Below are positions 21,101 to 27,464 of a stretch of DNA of 64,000 bases, piece by piece. Position 1 is the first letter of the stretch. Every line of letters starts with the position of its first letter. A program made the position numbers and the translations under genes. A model generated the notes under the pieces. That model did no database searches. It saw only the letters and a list, made by a program, of their open reading frames with translations, and was not told where the DNA came from. The DNA is from an uncultured Clostridia bacterium. Its GTDB lineage: Bacteria; Bacillota; Clostridia; Christensenellales; UBA1242. The stretch spans positions 1,159 to 65,158 of the forward strand of contig CALVYQ010000002.1 in the NCBI GenBank assembly GCA_944372335.1. Reading direction: 5' to 3'.

Positions 21101-22142
21101 GAATAACCACGCCCAAATTGCCATCAAACTCTGGAAGAGTGGAGTTGATTGCAAGGTTGAATTTTTTATCTACTTTTGCGTTAAAATTCTCGTTAGAAAC
21201 AACAAAACTGCTAACTGAAACTTCCTTAACCGTAATATTGCTAATTGTGGCAGTTCTATATGAGCCAGAATTTGCAAGCATATAATTAATAGCCTCAGTA
21301 TTGAACTCGCTATATTCTGCTTCGGTGACAAACTCTTCAGGATTGCCATCAAATTGATTTAAAAAGTCTTTTTCATATTGAGAATTGGAGAAGACAAAAA
21401 GGGTTATTTCATCGGTTGAACCTTCGCTAACCCTTGTTGCATGAAAGGTCTTTGTTATGTAGTCAAATTCAATATTATCTCTTGTAAAATAATAGAAGAC
21501 ATATTTCGATTCCTCTCTGCCAAAGACATTCTCGCTTCGCTCAGGACTATAATTTAAGCCCACTTTAAAATATGAGCCGACAAAGATATCGTTTAGTTCC
21601 GCCTCGCTAGCGTCTTCTGCATCATAACAATAAGCAGTTATCTCTTCCACAGGAACATCAACATTCACGCTAATTGTCACAGGATTAATGGTTGGATAGG
21701 TAGAAGTAGCTGTAATTGAAGTTAAACCTCCTGCTATGTGATTGTCGGTAGGAGAAACGGAAAGTTCGACATTAAAAGCTCTATCAAGTTGAACTGTCTC
21801 TGGCACTCTTATTATGCCATTATCTAAATATCCGTTTTCTCTCACCGTGGCATGAGTGCCGGTTGGAAGAGAAAGATTGACCGTTCTTCTATTAACATCT
21901 TCTGTGGAGGTCGAAAGAGTAAGAGAAAAACTCTCAGAGGTCTCTATAACATTAAGTTCAGAGTTATACTTTTCGTTTCCGTCCAAAACAAAAAAGATAC
22001 CGCTTTCTGGATAGACAGGATTGTCGTTAAAGTCGCCTCTTATATAGAGGGCAAGCACGGTAACCCCAATAAGTCCGATAATTGAAGATATTGTGATTAA
22101 GATGACTTTCCATAGTGCCATCGCCTTTCTCTTCTTTTTCAT
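9141..22142 (-). CDS. Giant (about 4333 aa) N-terminally membrane-anchored surface protein, putative adhesin
   Basis: Uninterrupted 13 kb ORF. I place the start at the ATG at 22142 (MKKKRKAMALWKVILITISSIIGLIGVTVLALYI), preceded by the RBS AAGGGGAG, rather than the track start at 22190. Composition is T/N/S/Y/E-rich and beta-like. No LPXTG-type C-terminus (ends ILAFNVEVG). Confidence 0.9.
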   Translation of the reverse strand: MKKKRKAMALWKVILITISSIIGLIGVTVLALYIRGDFNDNPVYPESGIFFVLDGNEKYNSELNVIETSESFSLTLSTSTEDVNRRTVNLSLPTGTHATVRENGYLDNGIIRVPETVQLDRAFNVELSVSPTDNHIAGGLTSITATSTYPTINPVTISVNVDVPVEEITAYCYDAEDASEAELNDIFVGSYFKVGLNYSPERSENVFGREESKYVFYYFTRDNIEFDYITKTFHATRVSEGSTDEITLFVFSNSQYEKDFLNQFDGNPEEFVTEAEYSEFNTEAINYMLANSGSYRTATISNITVKEVSVSSFVVSNENFNAKVDKKFNLAINSTLPEFDGNLGVVIRDEEDNILNSVYAGGVGIALSSNNTNNNRIILSGGEVLKVTINATGHTDSINNYSYEFSYDEEGNLSGTIERLTSGQIESIAASSTGFMPTLPNVTSEGEVVQIVYYFFLPSRNVGGTAGNYNYSLSSDSQTTADFIVALFLEREGEYELFLAEEQEFETLSHITVTFENSVESDISWQEGTDILRIIYDSDSKLSDSVELSELINLPSENVYQTTRYFLMFEGGGQMPAEFNAISLGNGYTYQNGTDFNISGLPSGDIYLYELPSSNLTALSGYDNTLYLVFATVRTNADGELVLQEDDGTWKYSIMMISDIKSLEIEATIPLNEINKTLVLTSSVNEAYLDNNQILLPSVLTSEDSFRFNITIDETRRDQLLNLYNAGNLRIEFRETSTGEVADYIVTSSDITISDTGFSGDIVVYESFNNVEGVNLTPYLIYNNGKRVQESAVNVEYGGARQSFTLYKQSVASAEYAFMANEEQAMTYPTDELSPINVIFNLEGQTITWPDQTDSIAIEELNNRLSVILYDTKGKIIRTNVASYNLSEVPITGDRVITITNNAITQFLSTDGRVITTTVQATYRNAGMTESASLAPIYFTVQSEGVSSIWYDPTDGVPSQETIYEEWDIKDGGTITIEKYLIDNDFILMDNLVKVNRKVNRDGEDGEKPVEEPVDVTFTLNRADMTGFDTSDLESLFLVHGEETENGITNGIIGLGNANATENTINANLVESYTDPIYSFAMISALARDVRLVFDITDESGLVNLKLELVLKKNIDYSPLLETYANEKGYSDYLLYGDNDEVRVFGDEGSDDPFSLDTYLPISNIRNGNTGESSTRWNGNLYVSSPTGIIVKEKKPVGTTPTLLGGSGITFKDVTSKEIGSVTFYYKGYNPYGLSIMVDFVLSPNYAYVQRNDYVNLYSLTDTDSLTDTDLSSYYVLCRATDLIDYIRSGADGDGLPVLETETELAFTYHSEDGSLISLSDNTLSRTKESFSAQLGATIENNISLVLKENDAVSEEDAFALMFSEGENGYVNNGYVSSLPFRVGYGKSGSAGASELIDTILGYAVGETRNYSVLATSDGYELVLLENTQYELDGWTYEYQGSGIQSTTNNETIRVQNLSSFNINGVLTFTNNTITEKTDKIIVDTRLTRIGLEYVVYSENYPYDIITGNMNDLVENNIKEDISAGQNVLKIIYFNTSDASDEDLTEPGFHLLQNTGNEITTTGYNLQVEAVTEGYEDLITIIKTSDISDINDAIKLNSMIDLDVDVFAVLKLTLTMTVSGGQQLSNDIYYRIRIVPNYSFESDVTYPYNGTAEYVTDIVDGKFNINFKEEFTSQNASLSVVGKTRFPSVINIEDESVVEGLNYIYTIESVTVNDEELFDYSNYLTFNLENNEIPDGKLKGTLTELGRDAIIQIKVTRTIEDVANSAKTYTLIINNAPSYDPTVKNLDGGDRDSLTQNEDGNFEDNVTIGTYYSYSITLLQNEGEIQTPVISGVNAHITSEDGEKYLKPFLREISDDNPINAYTSAGPTTIFNTADNTIDFANITVQDLAEDVVIGEVTLSASEYKEVTTEEGATYYIRNDDIRYFTFTQTGSQYELSFTTVSEIEEDAVFSIGIYTEYTNVFDIFFNLDGGYDIEFRDELSGSFESGNDYSISSFITSITQKGEQPTVVNLSDIEYEVTSITTASNVVYDNASKTFVASDFIVITDDKVFRVTGFNEDFTANIKATINGIYSFTFNINFTRSYDNTVIRQDSSLTIYAQDSNILEIGGADISDALSIFDPRQYVNDGVEGVVGLAEIDEFTFSNNDTQYEFTAENVAEAESFVLDLTLNYIFNDKTMFTFTIMYNYEVQPNVALHFNYPNPQNLTTTNFTSEYVDNNETIDNYFNSAPKFSKPNGDGEVDNRVSIEKIGQGEYYYDIAIYVDEINNAVLTVDNTTISSAGLVGSVTNRTGDMPNYSFTFRLNNLSQVGTIAFSIVVNEVTDYYYVTINNNNVVTVETNATNLVENNYERIYVEDIAGATDSYLYSLDRMLKYEFNTGASGSYYLRFENGTENFIHSITVEDSGIVVVEDMGASYSGYSLQGVYNSENDALNMTNAITNTSTIFLQVPYLTNRIVLRYAGYEVAKEVASIYLQEDDATEEMETVTITNKIETKQTQNILYKYSYESGLYETNATFTTLLTVKFEVTSSVQNHYEEIITGQQVSLLSLSGFGILNAETGETYTASEIQANNAYLTLQIYGFSDNKIEEEDLLNLHEGLKNGTATVAQGQRFDTGLIPRYGMELNENSGSITSNFLTLTSQGTAQRPNNYTIYAQGAGNIGNFVAMKLTYTTVIGENPYSKSADLLFKVLPAYQVEFTAESASGGTIYGNDMTIGDKNYSTNSSNNPFNIINADTNDGGTGNGQYYLYSTATNVTPVLRVYRTNGSGTVTNSTNLSNRFTYTFNVNAESGYNTYDTTSTEGLRLNNWKSTDNKVYTANADLTASTISFTAYSIDLGARYYYIDAVDSFGFNIRFYIAIRAAINPTVQEVNTYDVNEGDIIQIGAQYRLITLQQGRAVADEGGGESGIEFNYYYAYDLQNVSGENAPTISPKVGAIRYYYIDVNGESYLTDSYQDVVANWEATNNSAILYIGEPTISEDGTFTKDGTFTVRYNEQVLSPLHSDSEYINPTFNTNVGGLNITLSGFEAYMYNKTEEIDAIPYIEGHSIFGDHISNVNDVEISSITFEYNGVEKEADGYNSEQYDSTFTSNSPSNKLITAERYMINNEDDLVTGYSAIDSEDNSGSQFKIPTLPGYLYGTDMVIDGVTMVITLTSDSGSAELRINLNISRSQATTLTTTNFTDTQEINRKSFTNNGNEVYNDTLEIVLEPGAEVSYAITSDKATPTSFTTISNNRNYTHVEYVRISTVGVKWEPNATYYIHLNSEELPEGVTFRYGNTDYNSKTFNTNNYATLGNIQSIATKPITLRVESTSELNSQNYTTRRFYTLIEEGKQFYHSNHSVRLYTLANSITTTAEFGVSNYYSVSGGTGSDAYTYYVISASEWAGDLEYSVGSDGANNNSAPISDRPYYYSYSISTDGSSARGASVDSMGTVTTGTTFNINTNYIEIDVTLHVAGADGLFEDEVGIELGTVRFHLNAYSEEKGRLVTYSESGIYTLEGNALVTLNDGETVTAFGFGDATVTARGIETNDEKTIVVPAGEQIYFADYLSSTGSNSSFRIVKENTSDRYSNWNNEDSYTYSTAQQYQSIIVESYVNDTTISYSATPTTVIAYNDNNVQYKALAVGTDTYNQTLAFLGGTVYLAEDVEKGVFGDEALSNGAEVTKTSLNSSEAKVETVNVISVDNGTVTYYEITLFFYTAGESYDYDVALTTRTNYDLFSLFTDATSVYSIDSENNLNNMRNESLTETAYSMAERTYYVVDASGKVTQNNVKYYIYNSTENEDRLLWYHDAVTREEVIASMLKEEYSESTSYDESNYKLYQLASNNVMTMITAEGEIDMGTLDDNRANINFLLETPVDEKVSYRYYIFTFYYYNNSATFDVATNYSSGYALSNLNELIINHFGLSMVGSANWYVFEAGDIVSQSVIELSASTAINGLINKDFYVNINDTYYQITINFHCSLGTYTDTITTQSSVIVSDLQDKFNEILGNNGVTITSTGAIYQILDDNSIGDALSGSVTPPSDNTSAMNGRFLYNVNNSYYIFNITILKDKSVNTIDLDSVFRLNSVTSGENGEVSLLLSSVRAEIASKLNILQRNLVLSTGGGENIVTPYSFTPLEPIINYDYFFIKLIAEDSSNPDFEATIYILATNTINLGTNNLNIIINNFSGTAISADTLKEKINAGLGLTDVVSSKLYLIENDRATDELTGLSVASTTFVIREEFYYEAENSAGIITRAVISATIVGYPTADVIGEENIVNVDYSVVYENGTVKLSFDKDILHSRLSAKIGTTVDSVTGLTRVDDNYQVEISGDGDYAFMVKALVNSQTGTPEERNVIILAFNVEVG

Positions 22143-22306
22143 AGCCACTCCCCTTAAATTATATTTTATAATATCAAGATAATTATACAATTATTTTTCG
22201 TAATTCGCAAACAAATAAATAAAGATTTAAAAAAATAAAAAAATATTTTTTGCAAGAAAATAAAATTAAATAAATTCTTATAAAAATCAACAACCTCATA
22301 TTTTCC

Positions 22307-22335
22307 TTGACAAAAATTATTTAAGCGGTTATAAT
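22307..22335 (+). promoter_or_regulatory. Consensus sigma-A promoter upstream of the ABC-F gene
   Basis: TTGACA (22307-22312), exactly 17 nt, TATAAT (22330-22335). About 115 nt of A/T-rich leader precede the ATG. Confidence 0.75.
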
Positions 22336-22449
22336 TATTAAAAATCTTAAAATTTACAAAAAATATAATTAAAATATCGTTTTTTTTAATAAAAAATTGA
22401 TTTTTTCGTAAATTTTATTGATTTAAAAATAATTTTTGGAGAGTGCTAT

Positions 22450-24030
22450 ATGATACAAACAGTCAACGTGTCACTTGCTTTCGGAGGCAGAACCCTCTAT
22501 AAGGAAGTAAACTTAAAATTTACAAAAGGGAATTGTTACGGTATAATAGGTGCAAACGGAGCTGGAAAATCTACCTTTTTAAAAATTCTCACAGGAGAAA
22601 TCGAACCAAACACCGGAGAAGTGATAATTACGCCAGGCGAAAGAATGTCTGTGTTAGAGCAAAATCAAAATAAATATGACAACGAAACCGTGCTTGACAC
22701 CGTACTTCTTGGACACAAACGCCTTATGGAGATACAAAAAGAGAAAGACGCCATCTACGCAAAGCCTGATTTTAGCGAAGAGGACGGCATTCGTGCAGGA
22801 GAGCTCGAAACAGAATTTGCCGAACTTGGTGGCTGGGAGGCTGAAAGTGATGCCAAAAGTCTTTTGCAATCTCTTGGCATAAAAGAAGAGGATTTCTATA
22901 AATTAATGGGTGAGCTTGACGCAAAAATCAAGGTTAAGATTCTGCTTGCACAGGCTCTTTTTGGCAATCCTGACATCTTAATTTTAGATGAGCCAACAAA
23001 CAACCTAGACTTTAAGACAATCAAATGGCTAGAAAATTTCCTTTTAGACTTTGAAAACATCGTCATCATTGTCTCTCACAATCGTCACTTTTTAAATAAA
23101 GTGTGCACACATATTTGTGATGTCGATTTTGGGCAAATTAATATGTATCTAGGAAATTATGACTTTTGGTATGAAACAAGCCAACTACTTTTAAGACAAC
23201 AAAAAGACCAAAACAAAAAAGCAGAACAGAGAGCAAAGGAACTTAAAGAGTTTATTGCACGATTCTCTGCAAACGCTTCTAAAAGTAAGCAGGCAACAAG
23301 CAGAAAGAGAGAACTTGAAAAGTTGACAATAGAAGACTTAAAGCCATCTTCACGAAAGTATCCTTATGTCGATTTTAAGTTTGAACAAGCCATCGGCAAG
23401 GAGATTTTAAAAGTGGAAAATTTAACAAAAAAAGGTATGTTCAAAAATCTCTCCTTTAATGTTGAACCCGACCAAAAGATTGTCTTTCTCTCTTCAAACT
23501 CCCTAGTTTTAACCACACTTTTTAACATCTTAATGGGAAAAGAAGAAGCTGATAGCGGAACGGTGTTCTTTGGCAAAACAATAAAACCGTCATATCTACC
23601 TCAAAACAATAGCGAGTATTTTGATAACTGCCATCTATCTATCGTAGATTGGCTTAGACAATATTCTAAGGATAAATCAGAAAGTTATGTCAGAGGCTGG
23701 CTGGGAAGAATGCTCTTCTCTGGCGAGGAGAGTTTAAAGGAAGTATCCGTGCTGTCTGGTGGCGAAAGAGTTAGATGTATGCTGGCAAAATTGATGCTTG
23801 AAGGAGGAAATCTCTTAATTTTAGATGAGCCTGTGAACCATTTAGACCTTGAAAGTATCACCTCTTTAAACAAAGGAATGATAAACTTCAAAGGGCCTAT
23901 TCTCTTTGCTACCGGCGACCAAGAGATAATTGACACGGTTGCGAATAGAATAATTGATATCGTAGATGAAAACACCATCATCGACAAACAGGTGTCCTAC
24001 GAAGAATATATGGAAAAATTTAAAAATTAA
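22450..24030 (+). CDS. ABC-F family ATPase (no transmembrane domain) with a degenerate second Walker A
   Basis: 526 aa. NBD1 has GANGAGKST, LSGELDAK-type signature region and ILILDEPTNNLD. Charged inter-domain linker (QQKDQNKKAEQRAKELKEFIARF). NBD2 has LSGGERVR and LLILDEPVNHLD, but FLSSNSLVLTT sits where GxxGxGKS/T is expected. Confidence 0.88.
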   Translation: MIQTVNVSLAFGGRTLYKEVNLKFTKGNCYGIIGANGAGKSTFLKILTGEIEPNTGEVIITPGERMSVLEQNQNKYDNETVLDTVLLGHKRLMEIQKEKDAIYAKPDFSEEDGIRAGELETEFAELGGWEAESDAKSLLQSLGIKEEDFYKLMGELDAKIKVKILLAQALFGNPDILILDEPTNNLDFKTIKWLENFLLDFENIVIIVSHNRHFLNKVCTHICDVDFGQINMYLGNYDFWYETSQLLLRQQKDQNKKAEQRAKELKEFIARFSANASKSKQATSRKRELEKLTIEDLKPSSRKYPYVDFKFEQAIGKEILKVENLTKKGMFKNLSFNVEPDQKIVFLSSNSLVLTTLFNILMGKEEADSGTVFFGKTIKPSYLPQNNSEYFDNCHLSIVDWLRQYSKDKSESYVRGWLGRMLFSGEESLKEVSVLSGGERVRCMLAKLMLEGGNLLILDEPVNHLDLESITSLNKGMINFKGPILFATGDQEIIDTVANRIIDIVDENTIIDKQVSYEEYMEKFKN

Positions 24031-24240
24031 ATTTAAAAAATAGTTATAAATAGCGAAAATTTATATAAAAACGCAAAAATATATAAAAATTTAATGTAAT
24101 TTTAATTAAAAATGCAAAAAAATTGATTTTTTCGATAAAATCATAGGAAAAAGTAGATGAAAAAATATTTTATAAATATTTTCTAATTAAAAAATATTAT
24201 TAATAGCAAGTTTTTGAGTAATTAAAAAATAGGAGGTAAA

Positions 24241-25044
24241 ATGAAAATTTCTGGCAAAGTAGCGGTGATTACAGGTGCTAGTGGAGGAATTGGTTATTCT
24301 ATGGCGAAGTACCTTTATAAAGAAGGTGTTAAAGTGTATGATATTTCGCTCTCAACAGAAAAGCATGAGGAAATTGCAAAAAGCTATTCCGCCGATGTCA
24401 ATGACACGCAAAAAATTAACGAGATACTTGAAGAAATATATAACGAAAACGGTCACCTTGACATCTTTATAAACAATGCCGGCTTTGGTATTGCTGGTGC
24501 AATCGAAGATGCTAGCCCTGAAAAAATTTACGCTCTTGTCAATACAAATCTTTCAGCTGTTATCGCTCTTAGCGGAGTTGCCATTAAATTCTTAAAACGT
24601 TCTAAGGGCGGAAGAATAATAAACACCTGCTCGGTCGGAGGTATCATTCCTCTTCCGTTTCAAGCTACATACAGTGCAACCAAGGCTGGCGTGGAAATAT
24701 TTGGACGAGCCTTAGCAAATGAGGTTAAACCTTTCAATATAAAAGTGACCTCTGTTCTTCCCGGTGACACAAAGACCGGCTTTACTCAAAATCGAATAGT
24801 TGAAAACAACAATCAAAACGATTCATACCGAAAGGACGTCGAAAAGTCTATTAAGAAAATGGAAAAAGATGAGATAACCGGCAAAAGTCCAGACACTGTT
24901 GGCAAAATGGTGGTTAAACTTTTAAAAAAGAGAAATCCTCCTCTCAGAAAAACGATAGGCTTTTGGTATAAATGCGTGGTATTTTTGCCAAGAATATTGC
25001 CTACTAAATTAATAAATTTTCTTGTAGATAAAATTTACTGTTAA
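24241..25044 (+). CDS. Short-chain dehydrogenase/reductase (SDR)
   Basis: 267 aa. TGASGGIG cofactor motif, NNAG, and the catalytic YSATK. RBS AGGAGG. Confidence 0.88.
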   Translation: MKISGKVAVITGASGGIGYSMAKYLYKEGVKVYDISLSTEKHEEIAKSYSADVNDTQKINEILEEIYNENGHLDIFINNAGFGIAGAIEDASPEKIYALVNTNLSAVIALSGVAIKFLKRSKGGRIINTCSVGGIIPLPFQATYSATKAGVEIFGRALANEVKPFNIKVTSVLPGDTKTGFTQNRIVENNNQNDSYRKDVEKSIKKMEKDEITGKSPDTVGKMVVKLLKKRNPPLRKTIGFWYKCVVFLPRILPTKLINFLVDKIYC

Positions 25045-25119
25045 AATAAAAATATGTTTTAAAATGAAAATAAAAAAGAAAATATTTAAAATATTATATT
25101 TCCTAAACAAAAAATATAT

Positions 25120-25167
25120 AAAAAACACATTAAAAATTGCTTTTTTTGCAAAAATAATGTGTTTTTT
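25120..25167. terminator. Imperfect bidirectional hairpin between convergent genes
   Basis: acacatt ... aatgtgt outer stem with an inner ttgc/gcaa stem, flanked by an A-run and a T-run. Confidence 0.45.
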
Positions 25168-25194
25168 ATTATTTTTATATTTATTTTTATTTTA

Positions 25195-26568
25195 TTAAAA
25201 TTCTATTGCTTTTTGAATATAATCGGAAAGTTCATCAATCTTCAAGCGAATTTGTTTCATAGTATCTCTATCACGAATGGTAACTGTGTCATCTTCCAAA
25301 GTGTCAAAGTCAACTGTCACACAGAAAGGCGTGCCAATCTCATCTTGTCTTCTATATCTCTTGCCGATTGAGCCAGCTTCATCATAGTCACACATAAAGC
25401 TTTTTGACAGTTTGTTATATACTTCTTTTGCCATATCTCCTAAATTTTTTTGAAGCGGAAGAATTGCCACTTTGTATGGAGCAATTGCTGGAAGAAAATG
25501 CATAACAACACGGGTCTCTCCATTTTCTAGCACTTCCTCTTCATAAGCTTCACACATTATTGCAAGCATAAGTCTGTCAGCACCAATGGAGTATTCAATG
25601 ACATTTGGCGTAAATCTTTCATTTGTGAATGGGTCGAGATAGTCCATATTCTTTCCACTAAATTCACTGTGGCGAGATAAGTCCCAAGTTCCCCTGTGAT
25701 GCACACCGTTAAGCTCTTGCCAACCGATTGGAAAATTATATTGTATGTCACACGCTGCCTTTGCGTAGTGAGCGAGTTTATCGTGGTCGTGATAACGTAA
25801 ATTCTCAGCTTTCAAGCCTAAACTCTCCACAAATTTCAACGCTCTCTCTTTATAGGCATTATAAAAACTCATGCTATCCTTTTCATGACAAAACATTTGA
25901 AGCTCCATTTGCTCAAACTCCACCGTTCTGAAAAGAAAGTTGCCCGGAGTTATCTCATTTCTAAAAGATTTACCAATCTGAGCAATCGCAAACGGCACCT
26001 TTGCACGCATTGTACGTTGAACATTTAAAAAGTTGATGTATTCGCCCTGACAAGTCTCTGGCCTTAGATAGACAACGTCCTTTTCATCGCCAACCATATT
26101 GCGTGAAGTTGTGAACATTGGATTAAACTTTCGTATAGGTGTCCATGCACGCTTGCCACAATTAGGACACTTGATATCGTGCTCTTCAATGTATTTCTCC
26201 ATCTCCTCGTTACTCATTCCCTCAGCACTTATCGTTCCTTTGGAATAATTTTCGATGATTGTGTCAGCACGATGTCTTGTCTTGCAGTTTTTGCAGTCCA
26301 TCTTAGGGTCGCCAAAGCTTTGTACGTGCCCGCTCGCCTCCCAAACACGTGGATTCATAAGAATAGCAGCATCTACGCCGTAACAAGAGGGATCCTCTTG
26401 AACAAACTTCTTCCACCAAGCACGCTTAATGTTGTTTTTTAATTCCACGCCGACCGGCCCAAAGTCCCATGTATTAGCAAATCCGCCGTAGATTTCGCTT
26501 CCCTGAAAGACAAAGCCTCTGTTTTTACAGAGATTGACAAGTTTTTCCATTGTAAGTTTCTTTTCCAT
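25195..26568 (-). CDS. glyQS: Glycine--tRNA ligase (dimeric GlyQS type)
   Basis: N-terminus MEKKLTMEKLVNLCKNRGFVFQGSEIYGG..WDFGP is typical of GlyQS. Start moved to the ATG at 26568, behind the RBS GGAGAG. A T-box leader lies upstream. Confidence 0.92.
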   Translation of the reverse strand: MEKKLTMEKLVNLCKNRGFVFQGSEIYGGFANTWDFGPVGVELKNNIKRAWWKKFVQEDPSCYGVDAAILMNPRVWEASGHVQSFGDPKMDCKNCKTRHRADTIIENYSKGTISAEGMSNEEMEKYIEEHDIKCPNCGKRAWTPIRKFNPMFTTSRNMVGDEKDVVYLRPETCQGEYINFLNVQRTMRAKVPFAIAQIGKSFRNEITPGNFLFRTVEFEQMELQMFCHEKDSMSFYNAYKERALKFVESLGLKAENLRYHDHDKLAHYAKAACDIQYNFPIGWQELNGVHHRGTWDLSRHSEFSGKNMDYLDPFTNERFTPNVIEYSIGADRLMLAIMCEAYEEEVLENGETRVVMHFLPAIAPYKVAILPLQKNLGDMAKEVYNKLSKSFMCDYDEAGSIGKRYRRQDEIGTPFCVTVDFDTLEDDTVTIRDRDTMKQIRLKIDELSDYIQKAIEF

Positions 26569-26598
26569 AATTCTCTCCTTTTTTATGCACATAAGACT

Positions 26599-26735
26599 AA
26601 AAAAGCCCTATGCATTTTTTGCATAGGGGCGATTTATACCGCTGTTCCACCCTACTTCGCAGGCAAGCCTGCCTCAATTATTGCCTTTACGCCGGCATAG
26701 CGTTCAGCTCCGGAGTTGCCAATTCCATCTTTGCT
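26599..26735 (-). promoter_or_regulatory. T-box leader (tRNA-sensing riboswitch) with terminator/antiterminator
   Basis: Minus strand reads ...GGCAGGCttGCCTGC (stem III-like hairpin) GAAGTAGGGTGGAACAGCGGTATAAATC, then the terminator GCCCCTATGCA-aaaaa-TGCATAGGGC-TTTTTT. AGGGTGGAACAGCGG resembles the T-box consensus GGGTGGTACCGCG. GGC triplets are present in the stem I region. Confidence 0.8.
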
Positions 26736-26741
26736 ATCTTA

Positions 26742-26770
26742 ATTATAGAGATTTGAATAGATTTTGTCAA
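26742..26770 (-). promoter_or_regulatory. Consensus sigma-A promoter of the glyQS leader
   Basis: Minus strand: TTGACA (26765-26770), 17-nt spacer, TATAAT (26742-26747). Confidence 0.75.
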
Positions 26771-26931
26771 TAAAATTTTTATTATTTTCATATAACAGTT
26801 ACTATTTTGGCATAACTTATCTTTCTATCATACAGATAGATGTGCAAATTTTTTACAAGAATATTAAAAATTCCTCTTGAAATTTAAAAAGTTATGGTGT
26901 ATAATGTATATTGCAAAAATAAGGAGAGAAA

Positions 26932-27354
26932 ATGAAAAACAAAAAATATATTGATAGACTTAGAGCAATTTATTTCAAATTAAATAAAGAAAGAGAGTCT
27001 TATGATGACCAAAATGTTATGAATTATCCTAACAATGATATCTTGAACTTGCTGGACGGCCTTTTAACCAACGAGTTTAATTCTTCATGGAAAAGAGGCA
27101 ATAATTCTTACTCGTCAACTATAACTGTGGAAGAAAATGGTGTTAAACAGACAATTACCAGAAGAAAGGGTGGACTTAAAAGAAAAACCATCTACAAAGA
27201 ATTGGCTTTTAATGATGACTCAACCTTGACTTTCACTCAATACACCGGAAAGCAAATGTCTGATTTAGTAATTAAAGAGATATCAAAATCTAACGGAATT
27301 AAAGTTATTAAACAAACAAATAATTTTATAGAATCATCTATCAAGAAAAATTAA
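26932..27354 (+). CDS. Hypothetical small basic protein
   Basis: 140-aa ORF with RBS AAGGAGAG. No motif recognised. Confidence 0.6.
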   Translation: MKNKKYIDRLRAIYFKLNKERESYDDQNVMNYPNNDILNLLDGLLTNEFNSSWKRGNNSYSSTITVEENGVKQTITRRKGGLKRKTIYKELAFNDDSTLTFTQYTGKQMSDLVIKEISKSNGIKVIKQTNNFIESSIKKN

Positions 27355-27358
27355 TAAT

Positions 27359-27394
27359 AAAAAACTTTTTGTGAATATCGCAAAAAGTTTTTTT
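27359..27394. terminator. Bidirectional intrinsic terminator
   Basis: aaaaaactttttg ... caaaaagttttttt: stem CTTTTTG/CAAAAAG flanked by A- and T-runs. Confidence 0.7.
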
Positions 27395-27464
27395 ATTTAA
27401 AATTATTAAATTAATATAAGAAAATTCATAAATTATATTTATTTTAATCTATTTAAAAAAGCTA

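Noticed and set aside
9336-21352. About twenty 60-124-aa ORFs on both strands inside the giant gene (for example 18946-19320 +, 17753-18034 -)
   Set aside because: All are embedded in a 13-kb frame that is clearly coding. They lack RBSs and have low-complexity or hydrophobic composition typical of antisense or shadow frames.
25159-25371. 70-aa plus-strand ORF overlapping the glyQS 3' end
   Set aside because: It starts inside the terminator region and runs antisense to glyQS. The translation is F/I-rich low-complexity sequence.
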